This document shows, piece by piece, positions 51,161 to 62,034 of a stretch of 64,000 nucleotides of DNA (positions are counted from its first letter, which is position 1; each line of letters opens with the position of its first letter). The notes beneath the pieces are model-generated. The model searched no databases and had not been told where the DNA came from. It was given only the letters and a program-made list of their open reading frames with translations. The translations under genes were made by a program, and so were the position numbers. Source of the stretch: a bacterium (GTDB taxonomy: Bacteria; UBA8248; JACPRG01; G963555815); assembly GCA_965261595.1 (NCBI GenBank), contig CBDHDG010000007.1, positions 576,001 to 640,000 on the forward strand. Direction: 5' to 3'.

Positions 51161-52618
51161 TTAGAAGAACCACTGAAGCTTCCAAATCGCCTGCCAGGAG
51201 TTGTCGTTGTTGTTGACCGCCCGGTTGGTTCCACCAGCCACCTGGAGGTCATTCGCCACCGGCGTCCGCAGCTCGCCGTAGTCGCCGGCGATCAGGTAAT
51301 CAAATCCACCGGTCACCGAAACGCCCTTGTAAAGCGTCCAGGTCGCGCTGAAATCGAGTTCCGTGTCGATGTAACGATTACTCTTGAAAGGCGTGGTCCC
51401 CGTCGCCGTCAGGTCCGGACGGGAGTGCGCCGATTAGATGGCCCCGACCGTTCCCTGAACGAGAAGGCTTTTCAGCACCCGGTAGGAACCGTCAAAGGAC
51501 ACCACCGAGACGCCGTTGCCACGCGAGTACCGGCCACCCGTTCCGCCGGTGTTCCCGCCGATGTTCCGCGCGCCGACCGTCAAGGTGTCGTTGTACTTAT
51601 CGCCGAACCAGAGGTCCGTCGGGCCCTTGGAACGCGCGTCGCACCCGCTCTCCCCGGTGATCGGCGAGCAGCCGACCGCGAAGAACTGGTCCTCATTGCT
51701 ATCGTTCTGGTTGGTGTCGCCCGAGGACATCACATAGTTCACCGACAGGTTCGCGGCGCCCAGCGTCACACCACCCTGCAGCCAGAGCACATAGGCGCTG
51801 ACGTCGATGTCGGCCGTGGCGTCCGTGGCGACGCGATCGATTTCGCCGCTCTGGTACACGAAGTCGGCCTTCCCGCTGAAGTTCTTGTAGCGGGCCGAAC
51901 CCGAAATCGCCGGATACCACGACGTGATCTTCTCGGACCGCGTGGCCGTCCGGTTTTGCTCGTGGAACACCACGTACGGCATGATCCGAACGCCCTTCAT
52001 GGGCGAGAACGGCAGCTTGCCGATGTAGACGTCGTCGTCATCGGCGAAGTCCAGACCGAGCGTGCCCGAGGAGGTCTCGTCCCGCTTGTAGACCTCGAAC
52101 CGGGGCTTGAAAATGCCGACCGTTCCAAAGAGCTGGATGCCGAACTCACGCAGGTTGGGCAGACGGCCCACCAGCCCGCGGGGCAGGAAGACGTTGTCGC
52201 GGCCAAACTTGATGAACCAGGGACCCGGCACCATGGGGAGCTTCACCTGGAGGTTGTACACGACGACATCCACATCGGTCCGGCCCGCGATTGCCAGGAA
52301 TCCCGTCCCGAAGTTTACGCCGTCGTCACCGCCAATCTGGTTAAAGTTCCCGATGTCCAACTGGAAGAACATCCGGGCCTTGTCTCCCATCGTCGAGACG
52401 ATGTAGGGACGGAAGACATGATCGTAGTACCGCCACTCATCCCGGCCGAGATCGCCGGGAGCGCCCTTGACCGTATCCAACCGGTCCTGGTTGTTGGAGG
52501 CGATGCCGCGAAAGCGGAACCAACCGCCGAACTTGAAATCCACCTGTGCCGTTGCGGGGACGACGAGCGCCACCATCAACGCAAAGGCAATCAATCCTAA
52601 GGAAATTTTCCGGGTCAT
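51161..52618 (-). pseudogene. Outer-membrane beta-barrel (porin-like) with an in-frame TAA at 51434-51436
   Basis: Signal peptide (ATA/QVDF), amphipathic beta pattern; frame continues past the stop to ...WQAIWKLQWFF* with terminal Phe. Confidence 0.8.
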
Positions 52619-53029
52619 ACGGGACCTCCCTCTTGATGTCTGGATTTCATACTCCCCGAACCAACTCTCCCGATGAACAGATGTTTCCCCTTTTACCTCC
52701 CTCCCTTTGAGAAGGCGGGATTTATCGAAACCCCGCCGTTGGATGAAACGTTCCCCTTGAGCCTTCAACCGATGATGAGGAAGCAGAGGGCCGAGAACCC
52801 AGCCTCGAACCGTTGGAAGCGGTTGCCGTGGTTGGGGTGATTCCGGTCCCTTTTCCGGTGGTTCCACAGAAAGCCGGGTCTCGGCTTCTCCTCTGCCTTG
52901 GACCTTCTCCAATTTAACCTACGAAGGGATTCATAAAATCCCTCGATCTCCAAGGTCGTTCTTCAAATTGTCTACACCGCAGCCTTTCGCCTTCCGATGA
53001 GAGCGCAAATTACCACCTCCAATTATCAA

Positions 53030-53045
53030 AGCAAGAGCGATGCCA
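53030..53045 (-). promoter_or_regulatory. Sigma-54 (-24/-12) promoter facing the porin gene
   Basis: Minus strand TGGCATCGCTCTTGCT (GG-N10-GC); AT-rich IHF-like site at ~53072-53084. Confidence 0.8.
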
Positions 53046-53241
53046 AACTCATCGGATGGGAGGAAGTATATTTAATCTATTGAAATATAAGGATTTATTA
53101 TCCCATCTCGGAATACCCTTCAGGGTGCGGCTTTTCAACGATGTTGCAATAATCACCCGCCAAAAATCGAATGTTTCCGGGTCTGCTCAGGGATTTCCGG
53201 GGATTTGTCAAAAAACGTTTGATTCACCACATGTCGCACAA

Positions 53242-54219
53242 TCAATCATCCCCTGGCTTTTTGTATCGCTCCAATCTTCGGTAAAGCGTGCTCCGGTCAA
53301 TCCCGAGAATGGAAGCGGCCAACCTCTTGTTTCCCCCTGTCTCCCGGAGGACCAGGAGAACGTGCGCGCGCTCAACCTCCTCCAGGTTTGAGAGGTCCCG
53401 CAGACCGCCCGGCCTTTCCAGCCCGTGCGGACCGCCGCGGTGGGCTTTTCCCGCCGAACGGATCTCCTCCGGCAAATCCTGAATGCGCATGACGGGGTCA
53501 TCGCCGAGGACAAGCGCCCGCTCGATGACGTGCTCGAGCTCTCGGACATTGCCCGGCCAGGAATATGGGATCAGCGCCGACATCACCTCGGGATCCGCCT
53601 CGGCCACCTTCGTCTCTCGCAAGGATTCATACTTGCGAAGGAAATGGCTCACCATCATCGGGACGTCTTCGGTTCGCCGCCTCAGCGGCGGCAACTCGAG
53701 CGTGACGGTGTTCAGCCGAAAGTAGAGGTCCTGCCGGAAGGCCCCCCGCCGGACTTCTTCTTCCAGGTTCCGATTGCAGGCGGTGATGATCCTGACGTCC
53801 ACCCGCATGTGCCGGGTCCCGCCGACGCGACGGATCTCCTGATTTTGCAGCACGCCCAAAAGCTTGGCCTGCGACGCCGGCGATGTGTCCGCGACTTCGT
53901 CCAGAAACAGGGTTCCCCCGTCGGCCGCCTCGAAGAGGCCGGGTTTCGTAGAATCCGCGCCCGTAAAAGCGCCCCTTTCGTGGCCGAACAATTCGCTCTC
54001 AAGCAGCGATTCGGGGAGGGCGCTGCAATTGACGATCAGAAACGGCAAATCGCGCCTCGGGCTCATCCGGTGAATCTCTCTCGCGACCAGCTCCTTGCCG
54101 GTCCCGCTTTCCCCGGACAGGAGAACGGTGGAAGGGGTTCGCGCCACCTTCCGGACCAACCTTTTGATCTCGACCATGGCGGGATGGCGGCCAAGAATTT
54201 CAGATGGGCCGCCAGACAT
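53242..54219 (-). CDS. Sigma-54 enhancer-binding protein (AAA+ plus Fis-type HTH, no N-terminal input domain)
   Basis: [34 protein letters not shown]-terminal HTH; start uncertain. Confidence 0.9.
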   Translation of the reverse strand: MSGGPSEILGRHPAMVEIKRLVRKVARTPSTVLLSGESGTGKELVAREIHRMSPRRDLPFLIVNCSALPESLLESELFGHERGAFTGADSTKPGLFEAADGGTLFLDEVADTSPASQAKLLGVLQNQEIRRVGGTRHMRVDVRIITACNRNLEEEVRRGAFRQDLYFRLNTVTLELPPLRRRTEDVPMMVSHFLRKYESLRETKVAEADPEVMSALIPYSWPGNVRELEHVIERALVLGDDPVMRIQDLPEEIRSAGKAHRGGPHGLERPGGLRDLSNLEEVERAHVLLVLRETGGNKRLAASILGIDRSTLYRRLERYKKPGDD

Positions 54220-54857
54220 AGCGCCTCCGTCCGTGGATCCCAACGGGTAGAGAGTCCTCGATTCCGGCTTCAACAGCGGATTCAATAATCCAACCCTTCC
54301 CGCGGAACGGGTCCGGGAAAAAGAAAAGCATCCGGGTCCTGATCCATTTACATGAGCATGGCGGTACTATGACTACGGCACGAACATCCTCCGCAAAGAA
54401 CTCTCTTGCGGGACACCCGTCATTCATAAGAACCAGCCCGGGTCGAAAAAATTTCTTCTTTTCGTTCAATGGCGCGGATGAAGATTGCAATGGGAAAGGT
54501 GAGTCCTGTTCGGAGCCGAAGTCCCGGACAGTGGGAGGGAATCGCGTCCTGAGGCGGGTTCCCGCTCCCGAAAGTCGGGTCGCCGGGGGACGGCCTTCCC
54601 GCGAAATCCGAAGCCCCGAATTCGCGTTCCGACCAAATGGAGCGTTCAAGCAAGTGGATTCAACCTGATTCTTACACCGTCCGAGCATATATTTTTAAAA
54701 TCATTTTGAGATTTCTTCTTTATTTATCCGATGGTTATAGATAATTTGTTAAATTAAAAGTTGATGTTTTTCGAATCGGTGGATACTATTCATGTTGTTC
54801 GACACGAGAAATGAGATGTTCCTGACAGCCCTTCGTCAATTGGGACGATGAGCACCT

Positions 54858-55376
54858 ATGGAAAATACGCGGACCCGAATGATCGAAGGAAAGGCCTCGC
54901 CGTTCCTCAAGGCCGGACGGGAATTCCTGTTCTGTTTGCTGGCCATGTCTTTGCTCTTCTCGGGCGGATGCGCCTTACTTCTCGCCGGAGGCGCGACCAG
55001 CACGCTCAAGGGATTGGAGTATTCGGTTGAAAATATCCCCGATAAAAGTTTTACTACGAGTATGTCGACGCTGAAGCTCGCTTCTGTCCAGGCGCTGGAT
55101 GAGATGGCTCTTCAACCTGAAACGCCCGTTCCGACAAAAACGGGCTTCCGCATCTTGGCAGCCACTCCCAAACTTGATATACAAGTTGATCTTGAGCGAG
55201 TCATGGACCGTGTCTCGCGAATCAGCGTGAACGTAAAGAAGGGATTTTTCCGGAAGGATCGCGCGACCGCGGCGGAGATCATCCGAAGAACGGGCGCCGT
55301 GATCGAGCAACAGGTTGCGAAGGTTGAAACGAAAACCGGAAAATATTCAAGTCCCCTGATCCTCATGGTGCCGTAG
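54858..55376 (+). CDS. Lipoprotein, DUF3568-like
   Basis: Lipobox SGGC; ...RISVNVKKGFFRKDRATAAEII. Confidence 0.65.
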   Translation: MENTRTRMIEGKASPFLKAGREFLFCLLAMSLLFSGGCALLLAGGATSTLKGLEYSVENIPDKSFTTSMSTLKLASVQALDEMALQPETPVPTKTGFRILAATPKLDIQVDLERVMDRVSRISVNVKKGFFRKDRATAAEIIRRTGAVIEQQVAKVETKTGKYSSPLILMVP

Positions 55377-55384
55377 CGGCCAGG

Positions 55385-55834
55385 ATGAAACCCATCCACA
55401 ACAGTCAAAGAGAACGTCCAAACCCTCTCGGGCTCCGCGGGCCGGTTGTGCTCCTGTCCGTTTTCCTCCTGTCCGTCTCCCCGCTTTCCGGGTGCGGCGG
55501 CGGGGCCGCGGGGGGGGCGAGGGACGCGGGTGTGGAATACACCTTCATCGGCGTCGCCTACAGAACGGTCCATGCGGACCTGACGGCCGTGAAACGGGCG
55601 GCCGTCCGGGCCCTCAAGCAGCTGGACATGAATCCGAGCGGGGCCGTCAACACCGATCGCGGGGCCAAGGTCCTCGCGGCGACATCTTCTCTGAACATCA
55701 AGGTGGAGATGGAGCGGATCACCTCCCGGGCGACGAAGATTTACGTGGACGCCAAGGCGCGCGTCCTGAGGGAAAAGGCTACGGGCGCGGAAATCCTGCG
55801 CCGGATGCTTGAGAATCTGGGCATCAGGAATTGA
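55385..55834 (+). CDS. Lipoprotein, DUF3568-like (paralog)
   Basis: Lipobox LSGC; EYT...KIYVDAK...EKATGAEIL similar to the upstream gene. Confidence 0.65.
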   Translation: MKPIHNSQRERPNPLGLRGPVVLLSVFLLSVSPLSGCGGGAAGGARDAGVEYTFIGVAYRTVHADLTAVKRAAVRALKQLDMNPSGAVNTDRGAKVLAATSSLNIKVEMERITSRATKIYVDAKARVLREKATGAEILRRMLENLGIRN

Positions 55835-56788
55835 CACCCTCCATGGCGTTCCCGCTCCCCGAAATACAGGGGGGGCCGAGTGTCCCGAAATCCACCGGGG
55901 GCGCCCGAAACGGCCCGGGGCGGCGAAGCCTTCGGCCCTCCTTGGGTTTTCTCCTTTTCCTGCTGGCGCTTATTCTCCAATCTTCCGGCTGCACGCTGAA
56001 GCGGATCGCCGTCCTCTCCGCGGCGGAAATTGTCGAGGACGCCTTCGCGGCGTTCAACGAGGAGGAAGACCTTGTCATCGCGGAATCCGCCGCCGCTTCG
56101 AATTTGAAACTCCTGGAGGGCCTGCTGAAATCGGAACCGAATCACCGCGGGCTCCTCCTGCTGGCCGCCAGGGGATTCGGATGCCTTCGCCTTCGTGGAG
56201 GAAAAGGCCCCCGGCCGCGCCCGAAGGCTTTACATCCGGGGACGGAACTACGGGCTGCGGCTCCTGCGGCTTTACGGCTTCTCTCCGCCCGCCCACCTGG
56301 ACGACTTCCGCCGGGCGGTCCGAAAGCTCGGGCCCAGGGAGCTGCCGGCGCTTTTTTGGACGGCGTACAATTGGGCCAACTGGATCAACCTGAACCAGAC
56401 CTCGCCCCGGGCGCTGGCCGATCTGCCGCGCGTGGTGGCCATGATGGAGCGCGTGGCGGCCGTGGACGAAACATACTTCTACGGCGGCGCCCACGTTTTT
56501 CTTGGCTCCTATTTCGGAGGCAGACCCAAGATCGCCGGCGGGGACGTCGCCGCCGCCAAACGGCACCTCGACCGCGCGTTGGCGCTTTCCGGCGGAAAGT
56601 TTTTGCCCACTTGGGTGTTTTATGCCCGCTATTACGCGGTCCCCGCCCAGAAGAAGGACATTTACGTGAAGCTGTTGAAGAAGGTGACGGGGGCGCCCGC
56701 CGGGATCCTGCTCTCCGAGCGCCTCGCCAATATCGTCGCCCGCGGGCGGGCCGAGCGCATGCTCGGCGAAGTGGATGAGTACTTCTAA
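55831..56788 (+). CDS. TRAP-associated TPR lipoprotein TatT (frame break ~56180)
   Basis: Lipobox SSGC; EEEDL...NLKLLEGLL..P; LFWTA, DETYFYGGAH, GGD..AK.H; directly upstream of dctP. Confidence 0.78.
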
Positions 56789-57876
56789 TGAACGAACGGA
56801 TGAGATCTTCCCGGCGCCCCCTCCGACCGGCCGGGCCGGCGGTTTTCCTGGGCCTGGCGTTTTCTTTGGCGGCCGTTCTCGGTCTCTTCCACCCGGAGAA
56901 CGCCCCGGCGGCCCGAGAGCATCGGATCAAGTTCGCCACCCTCGCCCCGGAGGGATCGACGTGGATGAACGTCATGCGCGATTTTGCGCGGGCCGTCAAG
57001 GAAAAGACGAACGGAGAAGTCCGCTTCCGGATCTATCCGGGCGGCGTTCAGGGCGACGAAAAGGACGTGGTGCGGAAGATCCGCATCGGACAGCTTCACA
57101 GCGCCGGCTTCACGGGCGTGGGCCTGGGGCAGATCCTTCCCCAGGTCCGGGTACTCGAGCTGCCCTTCCTCTTCTTCCGGGACGCGGAGGTGGACTTCGT
57201 CCATGAACGGATCGACGCCCGGCTGGCTCGGGCCTTCGAGGAGAAGGGGTTTGTCCTCCTCGGCTGGGCGGAGGTGGGGCTTGTGCACATCTTCTCGAAA
57301 AAGCCTGTCCGGACCAAGAGCGATTTGACGGGCCTCAAGCCCTGGGCCTGGGAGGGAGACCCCTTGGCCAAGGCCTACTTCGAGGCCCTCCAGGTGACGC
57401 CGATCTCGTTGTCGGTCATCGACGTTCTGACCTCGCTTCAGACGGGCCTCATCGACACCGTCTACGCCTCGCCGCTCGGCGCCATCGCCCTTCAGTGGTT
57501 CACCAAAGTGAAGTACATGACGGCCCTGCCAATCTCCAACGCCACGGGCGCCATCGTGGTCTCGAAGAAAACCTTCGACCGCCTCACCCCGGACCAACAG
57601 CGGGTCCTGAAAACCGAGGGCAAGCGCCACTTCGATCTCCTGATCCGTCTCAGCCGCGAAGACAACCGAAAATCCATTCAAGAGATCCGCAAAGAGGGCG
57701 TCGAAGTCCTCCCTCTGCCTCCCGCCGACGACCTCCAGGAGTTTATCGACGTCGGCCGCACCACGTGGGAGCGCCTGAGCGGAAGGCTTTACCCGCCGGA
57801 CCTGCTGGCCGAGGTGCTGGACGCGTTGAAAGAATACCGCAAGACCCACCCCCTGCCCGGCGGAGGAGAGAATTGA
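56788..57876 (+). CDS. dctP: TRAP transporter substrate-binding protein DctP (TatP type)
   Basis: KFATLAPEGSTW, YPGGVQGDE, LQTGLID. Confidence 0.9.
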   Translation: MNERMRSSRRPLRPAGPAVFLGLAFSLAAVLGLFHPENAPAAREHRIKFATLAPEGSTWMNVMRDFARAVKEKTNGEVRFRIYPGGVQGDEKDVVRKIRIGQLHSAGFTGVGLGQILPQVRVLELPFLFFRDAEVDFVHERIDARLARAFEEKGFVLLGWAEVGLVHIFSKKPVRTKSDLTGLKPWAWEGDPLAKAYFEALQVTPISLSVIDVLTSLQTGLIDTVYASPLGAIALQWFTKVKYMTALPISNATGAIVVSKKTFDRLTPDQQRVLKTEGKRHFDLLIRLSREDNRKSIQEIRKEGVEVLPLPPADDLQEFIDVGRTTWERLSGRLYPPDLLAEVLDALKEYRKTHPLPGGGEN

Positions 57877-57877
57877 C

Positions 57878-58378
57878 GTGAAGGTCCTTCGGGCCTTCGA
57901 CCGGGGGCTGGCGCGGGCGGAGGGATTTGCGATCGTCGTGTTTCTCGGCGCCATGGTCGGCGTCTCCTTCCTCCAGGTCATTCTAAGAAACTTCTTCCAC
58001 ACCGGCCTGGAAGGGGCGGACACGCTTCTCCGGCACGGGGTTCTCTGGATCGCCCTGCTGGGCGCCTCCCTGGCGACGCGGCAGGCCCGCCATATCCGAA
58101 TCGACATCATTCCCAGGCTGATTCCCGCCGCGCATCAAGCGTGGATCGAACGGATCACCGGCCTCGCCGCCTTCGCGGTTTCGATCTCGCTGGCCGGGGC
58201 GGGCTGGACCCTCGTCCGGCTCGAGCGGGAGGCCCGGACGGTCCTCGCCCTGGGAATTCCCACCTGGGTCGCTCAAGTCATCATCCCTTTGGGCTTCCTG
58301 CTGATTGCGTTTCGGCTGGGACTGATGACGCTTGAAAAGTTTCGGCCGCCCAAGACCGAAGGGGATGAGACTCCGTGA
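57878..58378 (+). CDS. dctQ: TRAP transporter small permease
   Basis: 4 TM; QVILRN, LWIALLGA, HIRID. Confidence 0.9.
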   Translation: MKVLRAFDRGLARAEGFAIVVFLGAMVGVSFLQVILRNFFHTGLEGADTLLRHGVLWIALLGASLATRQARHIRIDIIPRLIPAAHQAWIERITGLAAFAVSISLAGAGWTLVRLEREARTVLALGIPTWVAQVIIPLGFLLIAFRLGLMTLEKFRPPKTEGDETP

Positions 58379-59658
58379 TCCTGGCCGCGTCGATCGCCCT
58401 GATCCTCCTGGCCGTTCTCGGGATGCCGTTGTTCGTGGTGATCGGCGGGGCCGCCTTGTTGGGTTTTTATTCCGCCGAAGTCAACGTGGCCGCCATGATG
58501 GTGGATTTTTACCGGATGGCCAGCGCCCCGACCCTGCTGGCCATCCCCCTGTTCACCTTCGCGGGGTACCTGCTGGCGGAAAGCCGCGCGCCCCAGCGGC
58601 TGTTGGCGGTTTCCCGGGCCCTGCTCGGATGGATGCCGGGCGGCGTGGCTCTGGTGACGTTGATCACGTGCGCCGGGTTCACGGCGTTCACCGGGGCCTC
58701 CGGGGCGACGATCGTGGCCCTGGGCGGGTTGTTGTTTCCCATGCTCCAGCAGGAGGGGTTTTCGGAAAGGTTCTCCCTGGGACTGCTGACGACCTCGGGC
58801 AGTCTGGGTCTGTTGTTCGCCCCGAGCCTGCCGCTGATCCTGTACGGCTTGGTGGCCCAGACCCGCGTGGATCATCTCTTTCTGGCGGGATTTTTTCCGG
58901 GACTCCTGATCATCGCGGTTCTGTCCCTTGCCTGCATGCGCGCCGGAAGGGGCTTCGGCCTGAAAGCGGGCAGGCATCCGTTCTCTCTCGCGGAAGCGGG
59001 CCGGGCGATTCAGGGCGCCGCCTGGGAGCTTCCGCTCATCCCCATCATCCTGGTTGGAATATACGGCGGGTTTTTCACGGCGACGGAGGCGGCCGCCGTT
59101 TCGGCGTTCTACCTTCTGGTCGTCGAGGTGTTCATTTACCGGGATCTGGGGCTGAGGCGGGATCTGCCGAGGATCATGCGCGAGAGCATGATCCTGGTGG
59201 GGGGCATCCTGGTCATCCTGGGCGCCGCGTTGGGGTTTACGAGCTTCCTCATCGATGAGGAAGTCCCCATGCGTCTGCTCGCCGTCGCCCGGGAGACGAT
59301 CCACAGCCGGATTGTGTTTCTGATCGCGCTGAACCTGTTTCTGCTTGTCGTGGGGATGATGATGGACATTTTCTCGGCCATCATCGTGGTGGTTCCCCTA
59401 ATTACGCCCATCGCGCGGGAGTTCGGCATCGACCCGGTCCACCTGGGGATCATCTTTCTGACAAACCTGGAAATCGGGTACGCGACACCGCCGGTGGGGC
59501 TGAACCTGTTCATCGCCAGTTACTGATTCGAGAGGCCGGTCACCGAGCTTTACCGGGCGTCGCTCCCGTTTCTCGGCCTCCTGCTGATTGCGCTCATCAT
59601 CATCACCTATTGGCCCGGTCTGAGTCTTTTTCTGGTGGATTGGGTGACCGGCCGGTAA
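58375..59658 (+). CDS. dctM: TRAP transporter large permease with an in-frame TGA at 59524-59526
   Basis: LAIPLF, TATEAA, GIDPVHLG, TPPVGLNLF; frame continues FERPVTELYRASLPF...TYWPGLSL to TAA 59656-59658. Confidence 0.88.
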
Positions 59659-59767
59659 GGGCAATCCGGCGGGAGGCGCTTTTTGAAAGGCCCCCCCTAA
59701 AAACCAACGGGTTTGTTAGGATAGTGGGAAGGTCGTGTCTTTGAATGGTCCTTTCCGGTGAGGGTTG

Positions 59768-60730
59768 ATGGGCGCCAAGATTCTCAAGCGGTTCACGCAC
59801 ATGGTCGGCGTCCTCGTGATCCTCTCCGTCGTCGTGTACTACATGCTGGGCCTCATGCCCGGCGACCCGGTCGACCTGCTCATCACCTCGCGGCCCAACA
59901 TCACCTCCGAGGACATCGCAAACCTCCGCAGGCTGTACGGCCTGGATCAGCCCATCTATGTCCGCTACCTGAAATGGGTCCGGCAGGTCCTCTCGGGGGA
60001 CCTCGGGTTTTCGCGCACGTACAAGCGCCCCACCGGCGAGATCCTCTTCAGCCGAATCGGGAACACCTTTTGGCTGATGGGGACGGCCTTTCTGATCAGC
60101 CTGGTGGTCGCCATTCCCCTGGGGATATTCTCCGCGTTGCGCCAGTATTCGGTCTTCGATTACGTGGTGAACTTGGGGGCCTTCGCGGGGATCTCGATCC
60201 CCGCCTTCTGGCTAGGTCTTCTGGCCATCATCCTGTTCGCCGAGATCCTGGGCTGGTTTCCGCCCGGGGGGATCCGGACGTACGGCCGCAGCTCGGCGGG
60301 TGATCTCCTCTGGCACCTGACCCTGCCCGCCGCCGTCCTCAGCATTCAGACCGTCGGCCGGTGGACGCGCTACATGCGGAACAGCCTGTTCGACGTCCTG
60401 CGGGCGGACTACATCCGCACGGCCCGGGCCAAGGGCCTGGGGGAGAGCGCCATCATCGGACGGCACGCGCTGAAGAACGCCGCTCTGCCCATGATCACCA
60501 TCCTGGCCCTGTCCATCCCGGAACTGTTCAGCGGGGCGCTCATCACCGAAACGATCTTCGCCTGGCCGGGGATGGGGCGGCTGCTCTACGACTCGGTGAT
60601 CGGCTCCGATTACTACGTCGCGATGATCTCGTTCATGTGTCTGGCGGCGCTGACGCTGTTGTTCAACATGCTCGCCGACTTCGCCTATGGCTTGGTGGAC
60701 CCGCGCCTGCGGCGGGAATCCATCGCCTGA
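59768..60730 (+). CDS. ABC peptide/nickel transporter permease (DppB/OppB-like)
   Basis: PGDPV, YGLDQP, GDLG, DYIRTARAKGL, TETIFAWPGMG. Confidence 0.92.
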   Translation: MGAKILKRFTHMVGVLVILSVVVYYMLGLMPGDPVDLLITSRPNITSEDIANLRRLYGLDQPIYVRYLKWVRQVLSGDLGFSRTYKRPTGEILFSRIGNTFWLMGTAFLISLVVAIPLGIFSALRQYSVFDYVVNLGAFAGISIPAFWLGLLAIILFAEILGWFPPGGIRTYGRSSAGDLLWHLTLPAAVLSIQTVGRWTRYMRNSLFDVLRADYIRTARAKGLGESAIIGRHALKNAALPMITILALSIPELFSGALITETIFAWPGMGRLLYDSVIGSDYYVAMISFMCLAALTLLFNMLADFAYGLVDPRLRRESIA

Positions 60731-60817
60731 GGATTCGCCGTTTCCAAGGGGGCCTCCCTCCTCTCCCCCCCCCGGGCGATCAGCGACGAAAAGGGGCCCG
60801 CGGGCTCCGGAGAAGAA

Positions 60818-61738
60818 ATGGCTTCCGGGATTTCACAACTCGCCGATTCCGCCACGACGACCCGGTCGGTCTGGCGGGACTTCCGAAGCCACCGCCTGGC
60901 GCTCGCCAGCGCGGCGGTCCTGGGCGTCCTCGTGCTCCTGGCGATTGGCGCGCCGCTGATCTCGGCCCATGTGACGGGGCACGCCTATGACACGACCGAC
61001 CTGACGAACCTCTACGCGAAGCCCTCGATGCGTTACTGGTTCGGCGCGGACGAGCTCGGCCGGGACGTCTTCACCCGCATCCTGTACGGCGGACGGATCT
61101 CGCTCGCCTTCGGGATGCTCGCCGCCTTGGCGTCGGCGGTCCTCGGCGTCGTGATCGGCGGGGCGGCGGGCTTTCACGGCGGGTGGATCGACAACCTCCT
61201 GATGCGTTTCACGGACTCCCTGCTTTCGCTCCCCATTTTGCCGCTGATGATCATCCTGTCGGCCGTCGATCTGGAAAAGGTGCTGGGCATGCCGCCGGGG
61301 GACTACCTGAGCATCCTGCGGCTCATCGCCATCATCGTGTTTTTCAACTGGATGATCATGGCGCGGCTGGTCCGGACGTCGGTCCTGCGGCAGAAGCAGT
61401 GCGAGTTCGTCGAGGCGAGCCGGGCGATGGGGGCGGGGGACCTGAGACTGCTCCTGCTCCACATCCTGCCCAACTGCATCGCCCCCATCATCGTGACGGC
61501 CACGCTCTCGGTCGGCAACATCATCCTCTACGAGTCCGTCCTGAGCTTTCTGGGTCTCGGCATCGTCCCGCCCACGCCGTCCTGGGGGAACATGCTGAAC
61601 AACGCCCAGGAGTACCTGCGATCGGCCCCCTGGCTGGCGATCTATCCCGGCTGCTTCATCCTCCTGACCGTCATGGCGTTCAACTTCCTCGGCGACGGCC
61701 TGCGCGACGCCTTTGATCCGCATGGGCCGAAGGGTTGA
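60818..61738 (+). CDS. ABC peptide/nickel transporter permease (DppC/OppC-like)
   Basis: FGADELGRD, EFVEASRAMGA, LSFLGLG, PSWGNML, GDGLRDAFDP. Confidence 0.92.
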   Translation: MASGISQLADSATTTRSVWRDFRSHRLALASAAVLGVLVLLAIGAPLISAHVTGHAYDTTDLTNLYAKPSMRYWFGADELGRDVFTRILYGGRISLAFGMLAALASAVLGVVIGGAAGFHGGWIDNLLMRFTDSLLSLPILPLMIILSAVDLEKVLGMPPGDYLSILRLIAIIVFFNWMIMARLVRTSVLRQKQCEFVEASRAMGAGDLRLLLLHILPNCIAPIIVTATLSVGNIILYESVLSFLGLGIVPPTPSWGNMLNNAQEYLRSAPWLAIYPGCFILLTVMAFNFLGDGLRDAFDPHGPKG

Positions 61739-61842
61739 AAGCCGAACCCTATCATCTCCATGCTCAGTGGCCCTTTAATTTGGTGGGGTTTTATTTGACG
61801 TGGGAGGAGCTTAGACGATATAAGTGACTAGCAGGGACCGGG

Positions 61843-61867
61843 TTTGTTTACGTCAGACGTAAACAAA
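61843..61867. promoter_or_regulatory. Perfect palindromic operator upstream of the higB-like gene
   Basis: TTTGTTTACGTC-A-GACGTAAACAAA. Confidence 0.65.
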
Positions 61868-62034
61868 ATCACCGGAGGCCAAGCACCTTGGAAATAGCCT
61901 TCAATGACAAGAGATTCGGAAATGAGTATAACGATTTCAATAGGTTAAGAAGACGTCACGGCGACCGAAGAGCTAGATTAATCCGTGATTATGCCCTTGA
62001 CACATAGTGCCACAAGGGGTAGTATCTGGGAATT

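Noticed and set aside
59524..59526. In-frame TGA in dctM as selenocysteine (yqeB is nearby)
   Set aside because: Non-catalytic position in a membrane permease where Arg (CGA) fits; no convincing SECIS seen
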